NCBI RefSeq assembly: GCF_963534045.1
Contig: NZ_CAUSQT010000002.1
Coordinates: 46,670 to 110,669 of the forward strand
Source: an uncultured Veillonella sp.
GTDB taxonomy: Bacteria; Bacillota; Negativicutes; Veillonellales; Veillonellaceae
Direction: 5' to 3'
DNA: 64,000 bases
The position numbers and the translations under genes are program-made. The notes under the pieces are model-generated. The model was not told the origin of the DNA, searched no databases, and saw nothing but the letters and a program-made list of their open reading frames with translations. Shown in pieces: positions 49,396-59,288 of this stretch. Positions within the stretch are counted from its first letter, which is position 1, and every line of letters begins with the position of its first letter.

Positions 49396-50812
49396 GGCTC
49401 AAGTATCTATGGTCCTAAATTTGGATAAGTGTTTGGGTTGTCACACATGCTCTATCACTTGTAAAAATACATGGACGAACCGCGAAGGCGCGGAATATAT
49501 GTACTTCAATAACGTGGAAACTCGCCCAGGCGTAGGTTACCCACGTCATTGGGAAGACCAAGAAAAATGGAAAGGCGGCTGGACATTAGATAACTCCGGT
49601 AAATTAGCTCTTTCTACAGGTTCTAAAACAAATCGTTTGATGAAATTATTCTTCCATCCTGAACAACCAGAATTGAAGGATTACTTCGAACCTTGGACTT
49701 ACGACTATGAAACATTGATTCATGGTGGTCGTAAAAATAACCAACCAGTTGCTCGTCCTCGTTCCCTTGTAACGAAACAAAAAATGGAAGTTACTTGGGG
49801 TCCTAACTGGGATGACGATTTAGCTGGTGGTCAACATGCTCGCTCTGATGTGAACTTAACTAAGATGGGCCAAGATATCGTATTTGACTACGAAGAAGTA
49901 TTCATGCGTTACTTGCCTCGTCTTTGTAACCACTGCTTGAACCCTGCGTGTGTAGCTGCATGTCCATCCGGCGCGATTTATAAACGCGACGAAGATGGTG
50001 TAGTTCTCGTATCTCAAGATGTATGCCGCGGTTGGAGACATTGTGTTCCATCTTGCCCATACAAAAAAATCTTCTATAACTGGGAAACTAATAAAGCTGA
50101 AAAATGCGTATTCTGTTACCCACGTTTGGAAAATGGTTTGCCTCAAATCTGTGCTGAAACTTGTGTAGGTCGTATGCGCTATGTTGGCGTTGTATTCTAC
50201 GATATGGACAAAGTAGAAGCTATGGCAGCTACAAAAAATGAACAAGATATTTACGAAAATACATTAGATTTGATTTTGGACCCTCATGATCCAGAGGTTA
50301 TCAAAGCGGCTCGTGCAGAAGGCATCTCTGAAGCATGGATTAAAGCAGCTCAAAAATCTCCTGTATACAAACTTGTAAAAGAGTGGGGCGTGGCATTGCC
50401 ATTGCATCCTGAGTATCGTACATTGCCAATGGTTTGGTATGTACCACCACTCAGCCCAATCTTGCAACGTGTAACATCTGATGTATACTTGCCAGATGCA
50501 CATGAAATGCGCGTACCTGTACAATACCTTGCTAACTTGTTTACAGCAGGTAATACAGAAATCTTAGCTCGTACATTGCAACGTGTTCTCGACATGCGTG
50601 AATACATGCGCCGTCGTGAAACAGGTGACGGTCCTATCGATCACAATGTGGAGTTAACAGAAGATCAAATGTACGGTATGTACAAATTGTTGGCATTGTC
50701 CAAATACAATGATCGCTTTGTTATCCCATCTGATGTGAAAGTATCTCGTGAAGGTCGCTTAGAAATGCAACAAAATCGCGGCTTTGCTTGCCCTACAGGG
50801 GGATGTCAATAA
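49385..50812 (+). CDS. narH: Nitrate reductase beta subunit
   Basis: NLDKCLGCHTCS and further Fe-S motifs, LPLHPEYRTLPM. Confidence 0.98.
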   Translation: MKIKAQVSMVLNLDKCLGCHTCSITCKNTWTNREGAEYMYFNNVETRPGVGYPRHWEDQEKWKGGWTLDNSGKLALSTGSKTNRLMKLFFHPEQPELKDYFEPWTYDYETLIHGGRKNNQPVARPRSLVTKQKMEVTWGPNWDDDLAGGQHARSDVNLTKMGQDIVFDYEEVFMRYLPRLCNHCLNPACVAACPSGAIYKRDEDGVVLVSQDVCRGWRHCVPSCPYKKIFYNWETNKAEKCVFCYPRLENGLPQICAETCVGRMRYVGVVFYDMDKVEAMAATKNEQDIYENTLDLILDPHDPEVIKAARAEGISEAWIKAAQKSPVYKLVKEWGVALPLHPEYRTLPMVWYVPPLSPILQRVTSDVYLPDAHEMRVPVQYLANLFTAGNTEILARTLQRVLDMREYMRRRETGDGPIDHNVELTEDQMYGMYKLLALSKYNDRFVIPSDVKVSREGRLEMQQNRGFACPTGGCQ

Positions 50813-51336
50813 TGAAGGATGCTCAGAAAATCGCTCTTATTGCGTCATTTCTTCTACGCTATCCTGATGAACAATGGTATAACGAACTACCTGAATGGAG
50901 AGAGGACGCGCAATCCGTTGGGCATCCTCAACTTCGCCAAGGTTTATTAGAATTCTTCGACTATGTAGAGGAATCTGATAAAAAAGAATTCGAAGACCAA
51001 TATGTTCGTACCTTTGATTTTAGTCAAAATACAACGATGTATTTGTCGACTTATGAATTACAAGGTACTGGGGAACAAGCAGAAGAACTCGTTAAATTTA
51101 AAGCGTTCTTCCTAGAAAACGACTATGATTTGCCAAAAGAAATGCCAGACTATATTCCAGCACTTCTTGAATTATGTGCCGTTATCGATGATGAAAAAGC
51201 AAAAGAAATTTACGACTATTGTAAACCAAAATTGGAATACATTAGAGAACGCTTCATTGAGGCTAAATTGCCTTATGCATTCTTGTTTGATATTATCTTG
51301 TCTGTTGCAAATGGATTGGAGGACGGTGCACGATGA
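50812..51336 (+). CDS. narJ: Nitrate reductase molybdenum cofactor assembly chaperone
   Basis: LLRYPD, YVRTFDF, EMPDYIP.LLE; operon position. Confidence 0.93.
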   Translation: MKDAQKIALIASFLLRYPDEQWYNELPEWREDAQSVGHPQLRQGLLEFFDYVEESDKKEFEDQYVRTFDFSQNTTMYLSTYELQGTGEQAEELVKFKAFFLENDYDLPKEMPDYIPALLELCAVIDDEKAKEIYDYCKPKLEYIRERFIEAKLPYAFLFDIILSVANGLEDGAR

Positions 51337-52004
51337 ATCTATTCCTTTGGGGCGCATTGCCTTACATCGCTTTCACCTTCTTAATCGTAGGTACTTTGGT
51401 TCGTTTCTTCTACTTTGAAAGAAACTGGACTACAAAATCGAGTGAATTTTTAGAGAAAAAACAATTGCGCATTGCCAATCCGTTGTTCCACTTTGGCTTG
51501 CTATGCGTTATCGGTGGTCACGTAGTAGGTGTGTTAATCCCTAAAACTTGGACTGCTGCAATCGGTATTAATGACCATATGTACCATCAAGGTGCGTTAT
51601 ACATGGGTGCTGTAGCTGGTATTATCTTCATCATAGGCTTCTTGCTCTTGATGAAACGCCGCTTTACTGTGCCTGCTATGAAAGTTAATACATCTGGCCT
51701 TGATAAATGGCTATACTTGTTCTTAACATTAGCTATTTTCAGCGGTATGGCTGGTACATTGCTTAATGCATCTGGTTTCTTTGATTACCGCGTATCTATC
51801 GGCCCTTGGTTCCGTAGCCTAATCTCCTTTATGCCGGATCCATCCTTGATGGAAGGCGTACCATTCATGTTTAAATTCCACATGTTAGCGTGGATGGTGG
51901 TAGCTATTATCTTCCCATTCAGCCGTTTGGTACACTGCTTGAGTGTTCCACTCAACTACTTAGCACGTCCGTTCATCGTATATCGCAAACGTGATCGTGT
52001 ATAA
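51333..52004 (+). CDS. narI: Nitrate reductase gamma subunit
   Basis: WTTKSSEFLE, LFH.G....GH, FPFSRLVH. Confidence 0.96.
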   Translation: MNLFLWGALPYIAFTFLIVGTLVRFFYFERNWTTKSSEFLEKKQLRIANPLFHFGLLCVIGGHVVGVLIPKTWTAAIGINDHMYHQGALYMGAVAGIIFIIGFLLLMKRRFTVPAMKVNTSGLDKWLYLFLTLAIFSGMAGTLLNASGFFDYRVSIGPWFRSLISFMPDPSLMEGVPFMFKFHMLAWMVVAIIFPFSRLVHCLSVPLNYLARPFIVYRKRDRV

Positions 52005-52299
52005 TTGAATACTTGATAGTTCGTATCGGTTATGTCCGATATACTATTACTTAGAATGGCCCTCGTGGTTGTGAAAGCTTGCGCTTTTATGACTATGAGG
52101 GCCTTTATTATTGCTGTGATTTTATCTGTTATTTTAGATTCTTTTATATAAGATTCTATTATTCTGACTATATGAGTAATATTCATGTTTTTATGTGAGA
52201 TTGGTATACATTTTCACTTTACTATGAGAATGAAAATTGGTATTATCTTATGTGGAATTATTTAACATCATATATATTTAACTGTGAGGAGTCTCGGTA

Positions 52300-52911
52300 A
52301 TGGCAGAAGTAGTGAAGAAACAATTTAAGAGTAAGTACCATATTCTTATTTGGATTGCTGTGTTAGCACTCATCTTAATGGGAATGGTAGAATATGGGTA
52401 TGTGACTGGCGGCAGACCATTTGGTAACTGGAAGGTTCATTTAGGTTTAATCCCTTATGCAGCATGGCTTGTGTTGACATATATTGCAACAAAACCAAAA
52501 TGGTTTATCAAACGATACAATCCTAAAGAAATGTTTGAAGTGCATCGTATAGTAGGTATTGTCAGCGTTGTTTTAGTCTGTGCTCACTGGTATGTATACT
52601 TCTTAAAGGCCGTAAAATCTTTCTTAGGTTTTTGGGGCGGTTATATCTCCCTTGGAGCCATGTTTATTGCTCTTATCTTTGGTGTACTATACTTAACACC
52701 TTGGATTGGAAATATGGCAAAATCCGTATCTCGTAAGAAAGCGATTTGGATTCATCGTTTAAATCTCATTGCTCTTATTGCAGCCAATATTCATGTTCAT
52801 GGTTTTGGTCGTTTGTCCAAAATGGTACCATTCTTACCTGTATTTGATGTATTAACATATGCATTGGTAATCTACTACATCTACTGGATGATTAAACAAA
52901 AACAATACTAA
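52300..52911 (+). CDS. Ferric-reductase-like transmembrane protein
   Basis: About six hydrophobic segments with two H-x12-H pairs (HRIVG...AH, HRLN...IH). Confidence 0.65.
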   Translation: MAEVVKKQFKSKYHILIWIAVLALILMGMVEYGYVTGGRPFGNWKVHLGLIPYAAWLVLTYIATKPKWFIKRYNPKEMFEVHRIVGIVSVVLVCAHWYVYFLKAVKSFLGFWGGYISLGAMFIALIFGVLYLTPWIGNMAKSVSRKKAIWIHRLNLIALIAANIHVHGFGRLSKMVPFLPVFDVLTYALVIYYIYWMIKQKQY

Positions 52912-53115
52912 GAATGTAGTATATATTTTTTATATATAGAAGCTCTCGTCTATTACTAAGAGATGAGAGCTTTTTTCGTGCCTATCTTTACTTATTAGTG
53001 CATAAGAGATGGTCTTTTTTGTGTGTTTACGATACAATATATAGGTAAGTTATCTTAATATATTTAGTTAAATATATTCTAAATAATGTATTTTAATTAA
53101 TTGCTTGAAGGTTGT

Positions 53116-54309
53116 ATGGATATTTCATGGAAGCGCATCATCTATTTGATTTGCGCTATACAAGTCGGTGCGGGCATTACTATTATCGGCGTATTATCAT
53201 TTATACCTTTATATTTGGTAGATCTAGGGCTGACCAATCAAGGAGAGGCTGCTATGTGGGCCGGTCTTGTATCTGGTGTAACACCTTGTATGGTAGCCTT
53301 GAGTGCTCCCTTTTGGTCCAGGAAAGCCAATGAACTAGGGCCTCGCCGGGTGATGATGTTCATCCTTGCCACTCTGATGCTAGCTGTAGGGGCTGCCGGT
53401 TTTGCACAAACGCCGAGTCAGCTGTTAGTGTTGCGTACCTTACAAGGCTTAGTGGGTGGTTTTGTACCCATTGGACTTGGTATCATTGTATTGATCACAC
53501 CAGAGGAACGCGTACCATGGGCGATGGGATTGTACCAAGCGTCGATGGTGATGGGGCTTGTTTTTGGCCCTCTTATGGGTGGTCTTGCTGCCGATTTATT
53601 AGGCTATCGTGCTCCGTTCTTTATGTTTTCCATCTTATCAGGCTTGTGCTTGTTAGGTGTGTACCTACTCATGCCTAATCTACAGCACACGCATAAGGTA
53701 GATAGTAATGAGTCCCAATGGTCATTAATTAAATCATTTCTTGCTATCCCACGTGTACGATTGCTCGTGGTTATGCAATTTTTATGTAACTTTGGTATTA
53801 CCGGTATAGGCCCTATATTGCCACTCTACATTAAACACTATATGCAAGTAAATGATGATTTTGTGGCTACCATTGTAGGTGTTATTATCTTTGGGGCCGG
53901 TCTGTTTAGTGCACTAGCATCGATTTCAATCGGTCGCATTACTAAATGGATGTCTATGCCGAATATATTATTGACGGCCACCTGTGGTGTAGGCGGATTT
54001 TTTATCCTCCAATATCTTATGCCAAATGTGTGGGGCTTAGGTATATTTAGAACCATTGCAGGATTCTTTATGGGCTTTATTACGCCTATAGCGAATACCT
54101 TGATTTCAAAGGCTGTTCCCAAAGAGCGGCGAAGTATTGTCTTTGGCGCTGTATCTAGTGTAGCCATGATGGGCAATGTGTTGGGCCCTATGATTAGTGG
54201 TATGATCGCTAATTGGTTTGGTTATGGCATGGTATTTTGGAGTACTGCTAGTATCTTTTTTATAGCCGCTATATTTGTGTGGCGTAGCTTGTTGCGTGAG
54301 AGTATCTAG
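53116..54309 (+). CDS. MFS transporter (DHA1/MdtG-like)
   Basis: 12-TM pattern, LRTLQGLVGG, GPLMGG. Confidence 0.9.
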   Translation: MDISWKRIIYLICAIQVGAGITIIGVLSFIPLYLVDLGLTNQGEAAMWAGLVSGVTPCMVALSAPFWSRKANELGPRRVMMFILATLMLAVGAAGFAQTPSQLLVLRTLQGLVGGFVPIGLGIIVLITPEERVPWAMGLYQASMVMGLVFGPLMGGLAADLLGYRAPFFMFSILSGLCLLGVYLLMPNLQHTHKVDSNESQWSLIKSFLAIPRVRLLVVMQFLCNFGITGIGPILPLYIKHYMQVNDDFVATIVGVIIFGAGLFSALASISIGRITKWMSMPNILLTATCGVGGFFILQYLMPNVWGLGIFRTIAGFFMGFITPIANTLISKAVPKERRSIVFGAVSSVAMMGNVLGPMISGMIANWFGYGMVFWSTASIFFIAAIFVWRSLLRESI

Positions 54310-54366
54310 ATGTCTGGATAGTGACAGGTTTATTGTTTGGGATTATGTGTATTGAGAGAGTTCATC

Positions 54367-55254
54367 ATGTTATTAAAACAATTGGAGTATTTTATTTCTG
54401 TTGTAGAGCATAACAGCTTTACACAGGCAGCCTATGAGCACTATGTGTCTCAGTCGGCTATTTCACAACAAATTAAATCCTTGGAGGCTAGCCTTGGTGT
54501 TCCATTGATGATACGTGAAAAGCGTAGCTTTCATCTAACACCGGCTGGTGAATATTTATATCGGAATGGTAAACAGCTGATGACGCGCGTTAAAAATTTA
54601 CAACATGAGACGGTGCGTGTCGGTAAAAATGAGCGTAAGTATTTGCGTATTGGCTATTTAAATCGCTATAGTGGTATTGCATTGCAGCAAGCCTTGATGC
54701 GTACTACAAAACGATATCGTGACCTCGATGTGCGTATGTATAGTGGCAGCCATTCTGAATTGAATCAAATGCTCGATGATAATTTGGTGGATATCATTTT
54801 TAATGATTATTGGCAAATTAAGTCGGATAATGATTATGTAGCATATCCTATTAGTAAGGCCACCGTTATAGCAGAGGTGCCCAAGGGGTATACCACGGAG
54901 GGGTCTGTAGAGCTGAAAGAATTATTAGATTTGCCGTTAATTCTTGTATGTCATGATGACCAACGGTTAGATGAAGAGGAAAACTATCGAAAATCGATGG
55001 GATTTATGGGATCATTTCTACAAGTTAAAAATCTTGAAGAAGCTCGTTTTCTCGTTGGTGCTGGACAAGGTATATTACTGGTAGACCGATTCAAGTATCT
55101 AGTGGATACCATTCCAGGTATTGAGCGAAAATGTATATTAAATAATGGTAAACCTATAGAAAAGGATTACTATTTCTATGTGAGTTTACAAAATCCTAAT
55201 ACCTATGCAGAGGCATTTAAAGATATTTTCCTACAGGTCCTCGATGAATTTTAA
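54367..55254 (+). CDS. LysR-family regulator
   Basis: SFTQAA...VSQSAISQQIKSLE...LTPAG. Confidence 0.93.
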   Translation: MLLKQLEYFISVVEHNSFTQAAYEHYVSQSAISQQIKSLEASLGVPLMIREKRSFHLTPAGEYLYRNGKQLMTRVKNLQHETVRVGKNERKYLRIGYLNRYSGIALQQALMRTTKRYRDLDVRMYSGSHSELNQMLDDNLVDIIFNDYWQIKSDNDYVAYPISKATVIAEVPKGYTTEGSVELKELLDLPLILVCHDDQRLDEEENYRKSMGFMGSFLQVKNLEEARFLVGAGQGILLVDRFKYLVDTIPGIERKCILNNGKPIEKDYYFYVSLQNPNTYAEAFKDIFLQVLDEF

Positions 55255-55340
55255 ATAACAATATATATGAATAAAACAGGTATCGCCTAAAACCACACAG
55301 CTTTATGGTGTAGTGATTTCAGGTGATACCTGTTTTGTGT

Positions 55341-55952
55341 TTATATGGACAGCATCATTAGAATGCCATCATAGACGAGTTTTATGCCATATATTATTAA
55401 TACGGTACCACATACGCGATTGATCCATACGAGATGGGATATCTTAATTTTCTTAGCTAGTACATACATGGTTCCAGCAAGGAATCCAAACCAAATCGGT
55501 GTCATCGCGAGGAATCCAAAGAAGAAGTGATATATGCTTTCAGCAGGAATATTAGCACGAAAGGCGCCGAGCATCATGGAGGCATCGATGACGGCCTGTG
55601 GATTACCCCATGTAACGAGAAGTGCCATTAACAGAATATTTTTGATGGGGATATTCGTATCAACCTTTTTGAGCGAAGGTGTAGTTTTAAATGTTTTGTA
55701 TCCTATGTAGGCTACGAGCAAGCCGCCTGCAATGAGAATGATCAGGTTAAAGACTGGCCAGGCCTCGAGGAGCGCCCCAATGCCGTAAAAGGCCGCCGTA
55801 CTCAAGGTCATATCGAATAGCCCGATAATAGTGATGGTTAACAGGATACGTGGCAATGGTTGGACGAGGGCCGTATTAATGATAAATAGATTTTGCATCC
55901 CAATCGGTGCAAACGTGGCGAGACCTACTAATAAACCTTGCAGGAAATACAT
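55341..55952 (-). CDS. LysE/ArgO-family amino-acid exporter
   Basis: PIGMQNLFII, TWGNPQAVID. Confidence 0.9.
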   Translation of the reverse strand: MYFLQGLLVGLATFAPIGMQNLFIINTALVQPLPRILLTITIIGLFDMTLSTAAFYGIGALLEAWPVFNLIILIAGGLLVAYIGYKTFKTTPSLKKVDTNIPIKNILLMALLVTWGNPQAVIDASMMLGAFRANIPAESIYHFFFGFLAMTPIWFGFLAGTMYVLAKKIKISHLVWINRVCGTVLIIYGIKLVYDGILMMLSI

Positions 55953-56086
55953 AGATAATCCTCCTTTCTTGATGGATGATACGTTTAGGTAAATTTGGTA
56001 CGTATAATAAAAGAATAGACCCCTGTGTAGTATTATAAAGTACTACATAGAAATCTATTCTGTATTAAACGAAGCTTTATTCTATT

Positions 56087-57133
56087 TTACCATAAACCGA
56101 TAACATGTTGCATCCCTAGGCTGACGAGGGTGATGCAAATCCAGCATGCAGCGCCTAATGCAAGGGCACTACCACCAGATTTGATAAGCTTAACAAGATT
56201 TGTATTAAGCCCAATAGCAACCATGGCCATGGTGATAAAGTATTTAGAAATAGTTTTGAATATGTCTAAGAAGTGAATATCTACATTTGCATAGGACAAT
56301 ACAGTTGTAATAAGAGAACAAATGACAAAGTAAAGAACGAACTTAGGGAAGATAGCTGCAATATTAACAGATTCAGCGTTATCGCTTGCCTTAGCCGCTT
56401 GTTTGGCTTTGTACACTTGATAACTAGCAAGACCTAAACAGATAGGGATGATTGCCAATGTACGTGTCAACTTAACGATAGTTGCATATTCAAGAACTTG
56501 CGTGCCTGTGCCCTTCATGCTATCCCAAACAGCAGCAGTAGCTGTTACGGATGATGTATCGTTAACGGCTGTGCCCGCAAAGAGGCCAAAGCCCATGTTA
56601 GACAACCCAATAGCATCGCCAAGAGGTGGGAATATGAATGCAGCGACTACGTTGAAGAAGAATACAACGGAAATAGCTTGTGCAATATCTTGATCGCTAG
56701 CTTTCACAACAGGCGCCGCCGCAGCAATGGCACTACCACCACAGATGGAAGAACCAACGCCAATCAAAACGGCTGTGTTAGAATCGATATGCGTGGCTTT
56801 GAATATGATGAAAGAAACGATAAGCGATGTGGCAATGGTTGAGATGATAATTGGTAAGGAAACCCAACCTACATGCAATACTTGGGTGATGTTAAGACCA
56901 AAGCCGAGAAGGATAACGGCCCATTGTAAGATTTTTTTAGACGTAAATCCAATGCCGGCGCCCGTTTTTTCTCGTTTCCAAGATGTGAATAAAGAACCAA
57001 TAATAATACCGAGGATAATAGCGAAGATTGGACTGCCGATAAAATGAAAATGCTGTCCTAATAGCCAACATGGAATGGCTAGAATTGCACAGAGCAATAT
57101 GCCTGGCAGTGTTTTTGTATTGATACCCATCAT
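56087..57133 (-). CDS. YeiH-family (putative sulfate exporter) membrane protein
   Basis: GSSICGGSAIAA, GTAVNDTSSV, VKLTR. Confidence 0.9.
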   Translation of the reverse strand: MMGINTKTLPGILLCAILAIPCWLLGQHFHFIGSPIFAIILGIIIGSLFTSWKREKTGAGIGFTSKKILQWAVILLGFGLNITQVLHVGWVSLPIIISTIATSLIVSFIIFKATHIDSNTAVLIGVGSSICGGSAIAAAAPVVKASDQDIAQAISVVFFFNVVAAFIFPPLGDAIGLSNMGFGLFAGTAVNDTSSVTATAAVWDSMKGTGTQVLEYATIVKLTRTLAIIPICLGLASYQVYKAKQAAKASDNAESVNIAAIFPKFVLYFVICSLITTVLSYANVDIHFLDIFKTISKYFITMAMVAIGLNTNLVKLIKSGGSALALGAACWICITLVSLGMQHVIGLW

Positions 57134-57404
57134 AAAACCTCCTAACTGTACCTACTTGGTACATACATCGCTGTGGTATCGCGCAGGATGTATAAATAAA
57201 CTACGACTTAATAGTAACATAATCGGGGGAATTAATCGAGGGGGATTCCTCATTAAGTATCTTGTATACATAGCTTATAGTATTGTATCTTATGGTGAAA
57301 GTTTTATATAATCTTATACGGGATAATTATACTTAATGAAATATGATTCCTAGTAAAATACGTAGAGAACATCAACATGTCTCATAGAATATGCGAGGTG
57401 CATT

Positions 57405-57950
57405 ATGATTGATATTAATGGTATCATTGAAAAAAACAAAGAATATGTAGCTAAACATCCTGAGCTTGCTCAAAAGGGGTTAACTAGTCATCCTACAAAG
57501 AAATTAGCTATTGTAACATGTATGGATACGCGTTTAGTGGGGATGCTCGAAGAATCTTTAGGATTTGATCGCGGCGAGGTAATTACAATTAAGACGGCCG
57601 GCAACAGCGTAACGCAACCGATTGATAACATCGTTCAAAGCTTGCTTGTGTCTACATACGGCATGGGCATCGAAGATGTAATCGTCATCGGTCATGAAAA
57701 CTGTGGTATGATTGATTTTTCCGCAGAACAATTTATGGAATCTATGAAAGCCAAAGGTATTAATGAAGATGCCATTCGCATGATTGAACCAGGTCTTATC
57801 GATTGGATGGATCGTTTCCATATTTCTGAAGAAAACGTACGATATACTGTAAAATTCTTGCGTCATCATCCACTATTCCCAAGAGGCATGGGATTCTATG
57901 GGGGGATGATGGATCCTGATACAGGAGAATTCCGCTATATTGAGGTTTAA
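57405..57950 (+). CDS. Beta-class carbonic anhydrase
   Basis: TCMDTR, AGN, GHENCGM. Confidence 0.92.
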   Translation: MIDINGIIEKNKEYVAKHPELAQKGLTSHPTKKLAIVTCMDTRLVGMLEESLGFDRGEVITIKTAGNSVTQPIDNIVQSLLVSTYGMGIEDVIVIGHENCGMIDFSAEQFMESMKAKGINEDAIRMIEPGLIDWMDRFHISEENVRYTVKFLRHHPLFPRGMGFYGGMMDPDTGEFRYIEV

Positions 57951-57956
57951 TCGACT

Positions 57957-58327
57957 ACTCGATGGGGCCCCATTACAATTCTACATTTAGGTTATCAAGA
58001 GCCACTCACACCGTCTCGCTCCACCGGCCGGGTCTGTTCCTACGGAACAGGGCCAAAGTCGCTGCGAAGGTATGAGTGGCTCTTGCTATAACTGTAGATA
58101 TAATTGGGTCCCATCGAGTTTACGTATAACCACAATACTCCGGAATTCCTCTGTATTTAATGAGAGAAGCACCGGCCGGGTCTGACTCCGGCCTGCGGCC
58201 TTCGCAGGGCCAAAGTCGCTGCGGGAAGGTTATCTCTGTTTCTATTTGCATTTGATGTAAATAAGCCTCATCGGGTCATACCTAAGCGAGGGAGAGTCGC
58301 GCGAGGGTATGGGTGGTTCTTGCTATA
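57957..58327 (+). repeat. Rod-hairpin repeat (core B) plus partial copies
   Basis: Arms 57957-58125 around CTCCACCGGCCGGGTCTG-TTCC-TAC-GGAA-CAGGGCCAAAGTCG; second core 58170-58220; degenerate right arm about 58295-58327. Confidence 0.85.
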
Positions 58328-58333
58328 GGTGAA

Positions 58334-58434
58334 AATTGTCAACCTGTATAGATTGTATATAGTTGACGGTTCTGTTTGTAAGTTTTATACTGTAATTAAA
58401 TTGTCAACTAATTATATATGCATAGTTGTTAATA
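58334..58434 (+). promoter_or_regulatory. Two BirA-like operators
   Basis: TTGTCAAC-N18-GTTGACGG and TTGTCAAC-N16-GTTGTTAA upstream of bioD. Confidence 0.7.
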
Positions 58435-58463
58435 TTGATTCGATATGGTAAAGAGGTGCTCGT

Positions 58464-59216
58464 ATGAGACAGTTAGGTGTTTCTATTATTGGTACGGATA
58501 CGGATGTAGGTAAGACGTTTGTCACAGGTTTGCTTGGGGCGTTAGCAGTGGACGATGGTTTTGATGTGGGCATGGTTAAGCCTGTATCGTCTAGTGCAGT
58601 TCCATTTTCTCAATGTGGAACGATGGATGAAGATGAAATATGCATGGGCCTTGAAAGTAAGGATGCTACCTATTTGATGCAGTCTGTAGGTATTCCTGAG
58701 TCGCGTCGTCGCGAGGTGAATCCCATTGCATTGGCTGGGGATTATTCACCGCGTTTGGCAGCAGAGTTGGCCGGTGTGGACATCGATTATCCAGAGATTG
58801 TAAATCATGTGAAAAGGGTCGTAAATCAACACGATATTACATTTGTAGAAGGGGCTGGTGGAATTACAACGCCTCTTACTAAGGATATTACGTTTACAAA
58901 TCTTATGACGGATATTGCATATCCTGCCATATTGATTGCTGATGGGCGCTTGGGTTCTATCAATCGCGTGGTATTGACCTATGAGTATGCAAAACAGCAT
59001 CATATTGATGTAAAAGGAATCATTGTAAATGATACGACTGTGGTGGATCCATTCTTATTAAAGACGAATATTGAGGATATGGAACGGTATACCGGTATTC
59101 CGGTGCTCGGTGTACTTCCTCCATATCAAGGACCTAATCAAGCGCATATCAAACTTGGTTGGGGGCGTTCGTTCTTAGATTCGGCTAAGATTTGGCAAAC
59201 TGTATGGGGCATTTAG
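58464..59216 (+). CDS. bioD: Dethiobiotin synthase
   Basis: GTDTDVGKT, KPV, VEGAGG, LGSIN. Confidence 0.95.
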   Translation: MRQLGVSIIGTDTDVGKTFVTGLLGALAVDDGFDVGMVKPVSSSAVPFSQCGTMDEDEICMGLESKDATYLMQSVGIPESRRREVNPIALAGDYSPRLAAELAGVDIDYPEIVNHVKRVVNQHDITFVEGAGGITTPLTKDITFTNLMTDIAYPAILIADGRLGSINRVVLTYEYAKQHHIDVKGIIVNDTTVVDPFLLKTNIEDMERYTGIPVLGVLPPYQGPNQAHIKLGWGRSFLDSAKIWQTVWGI

Positions 59217-59288
59217 TGAAAGCTCTATATACAAGGAATCTGGAATTAAGTAGATAGTATAGATATAAAATCTTAAGTATGAGGTGTT

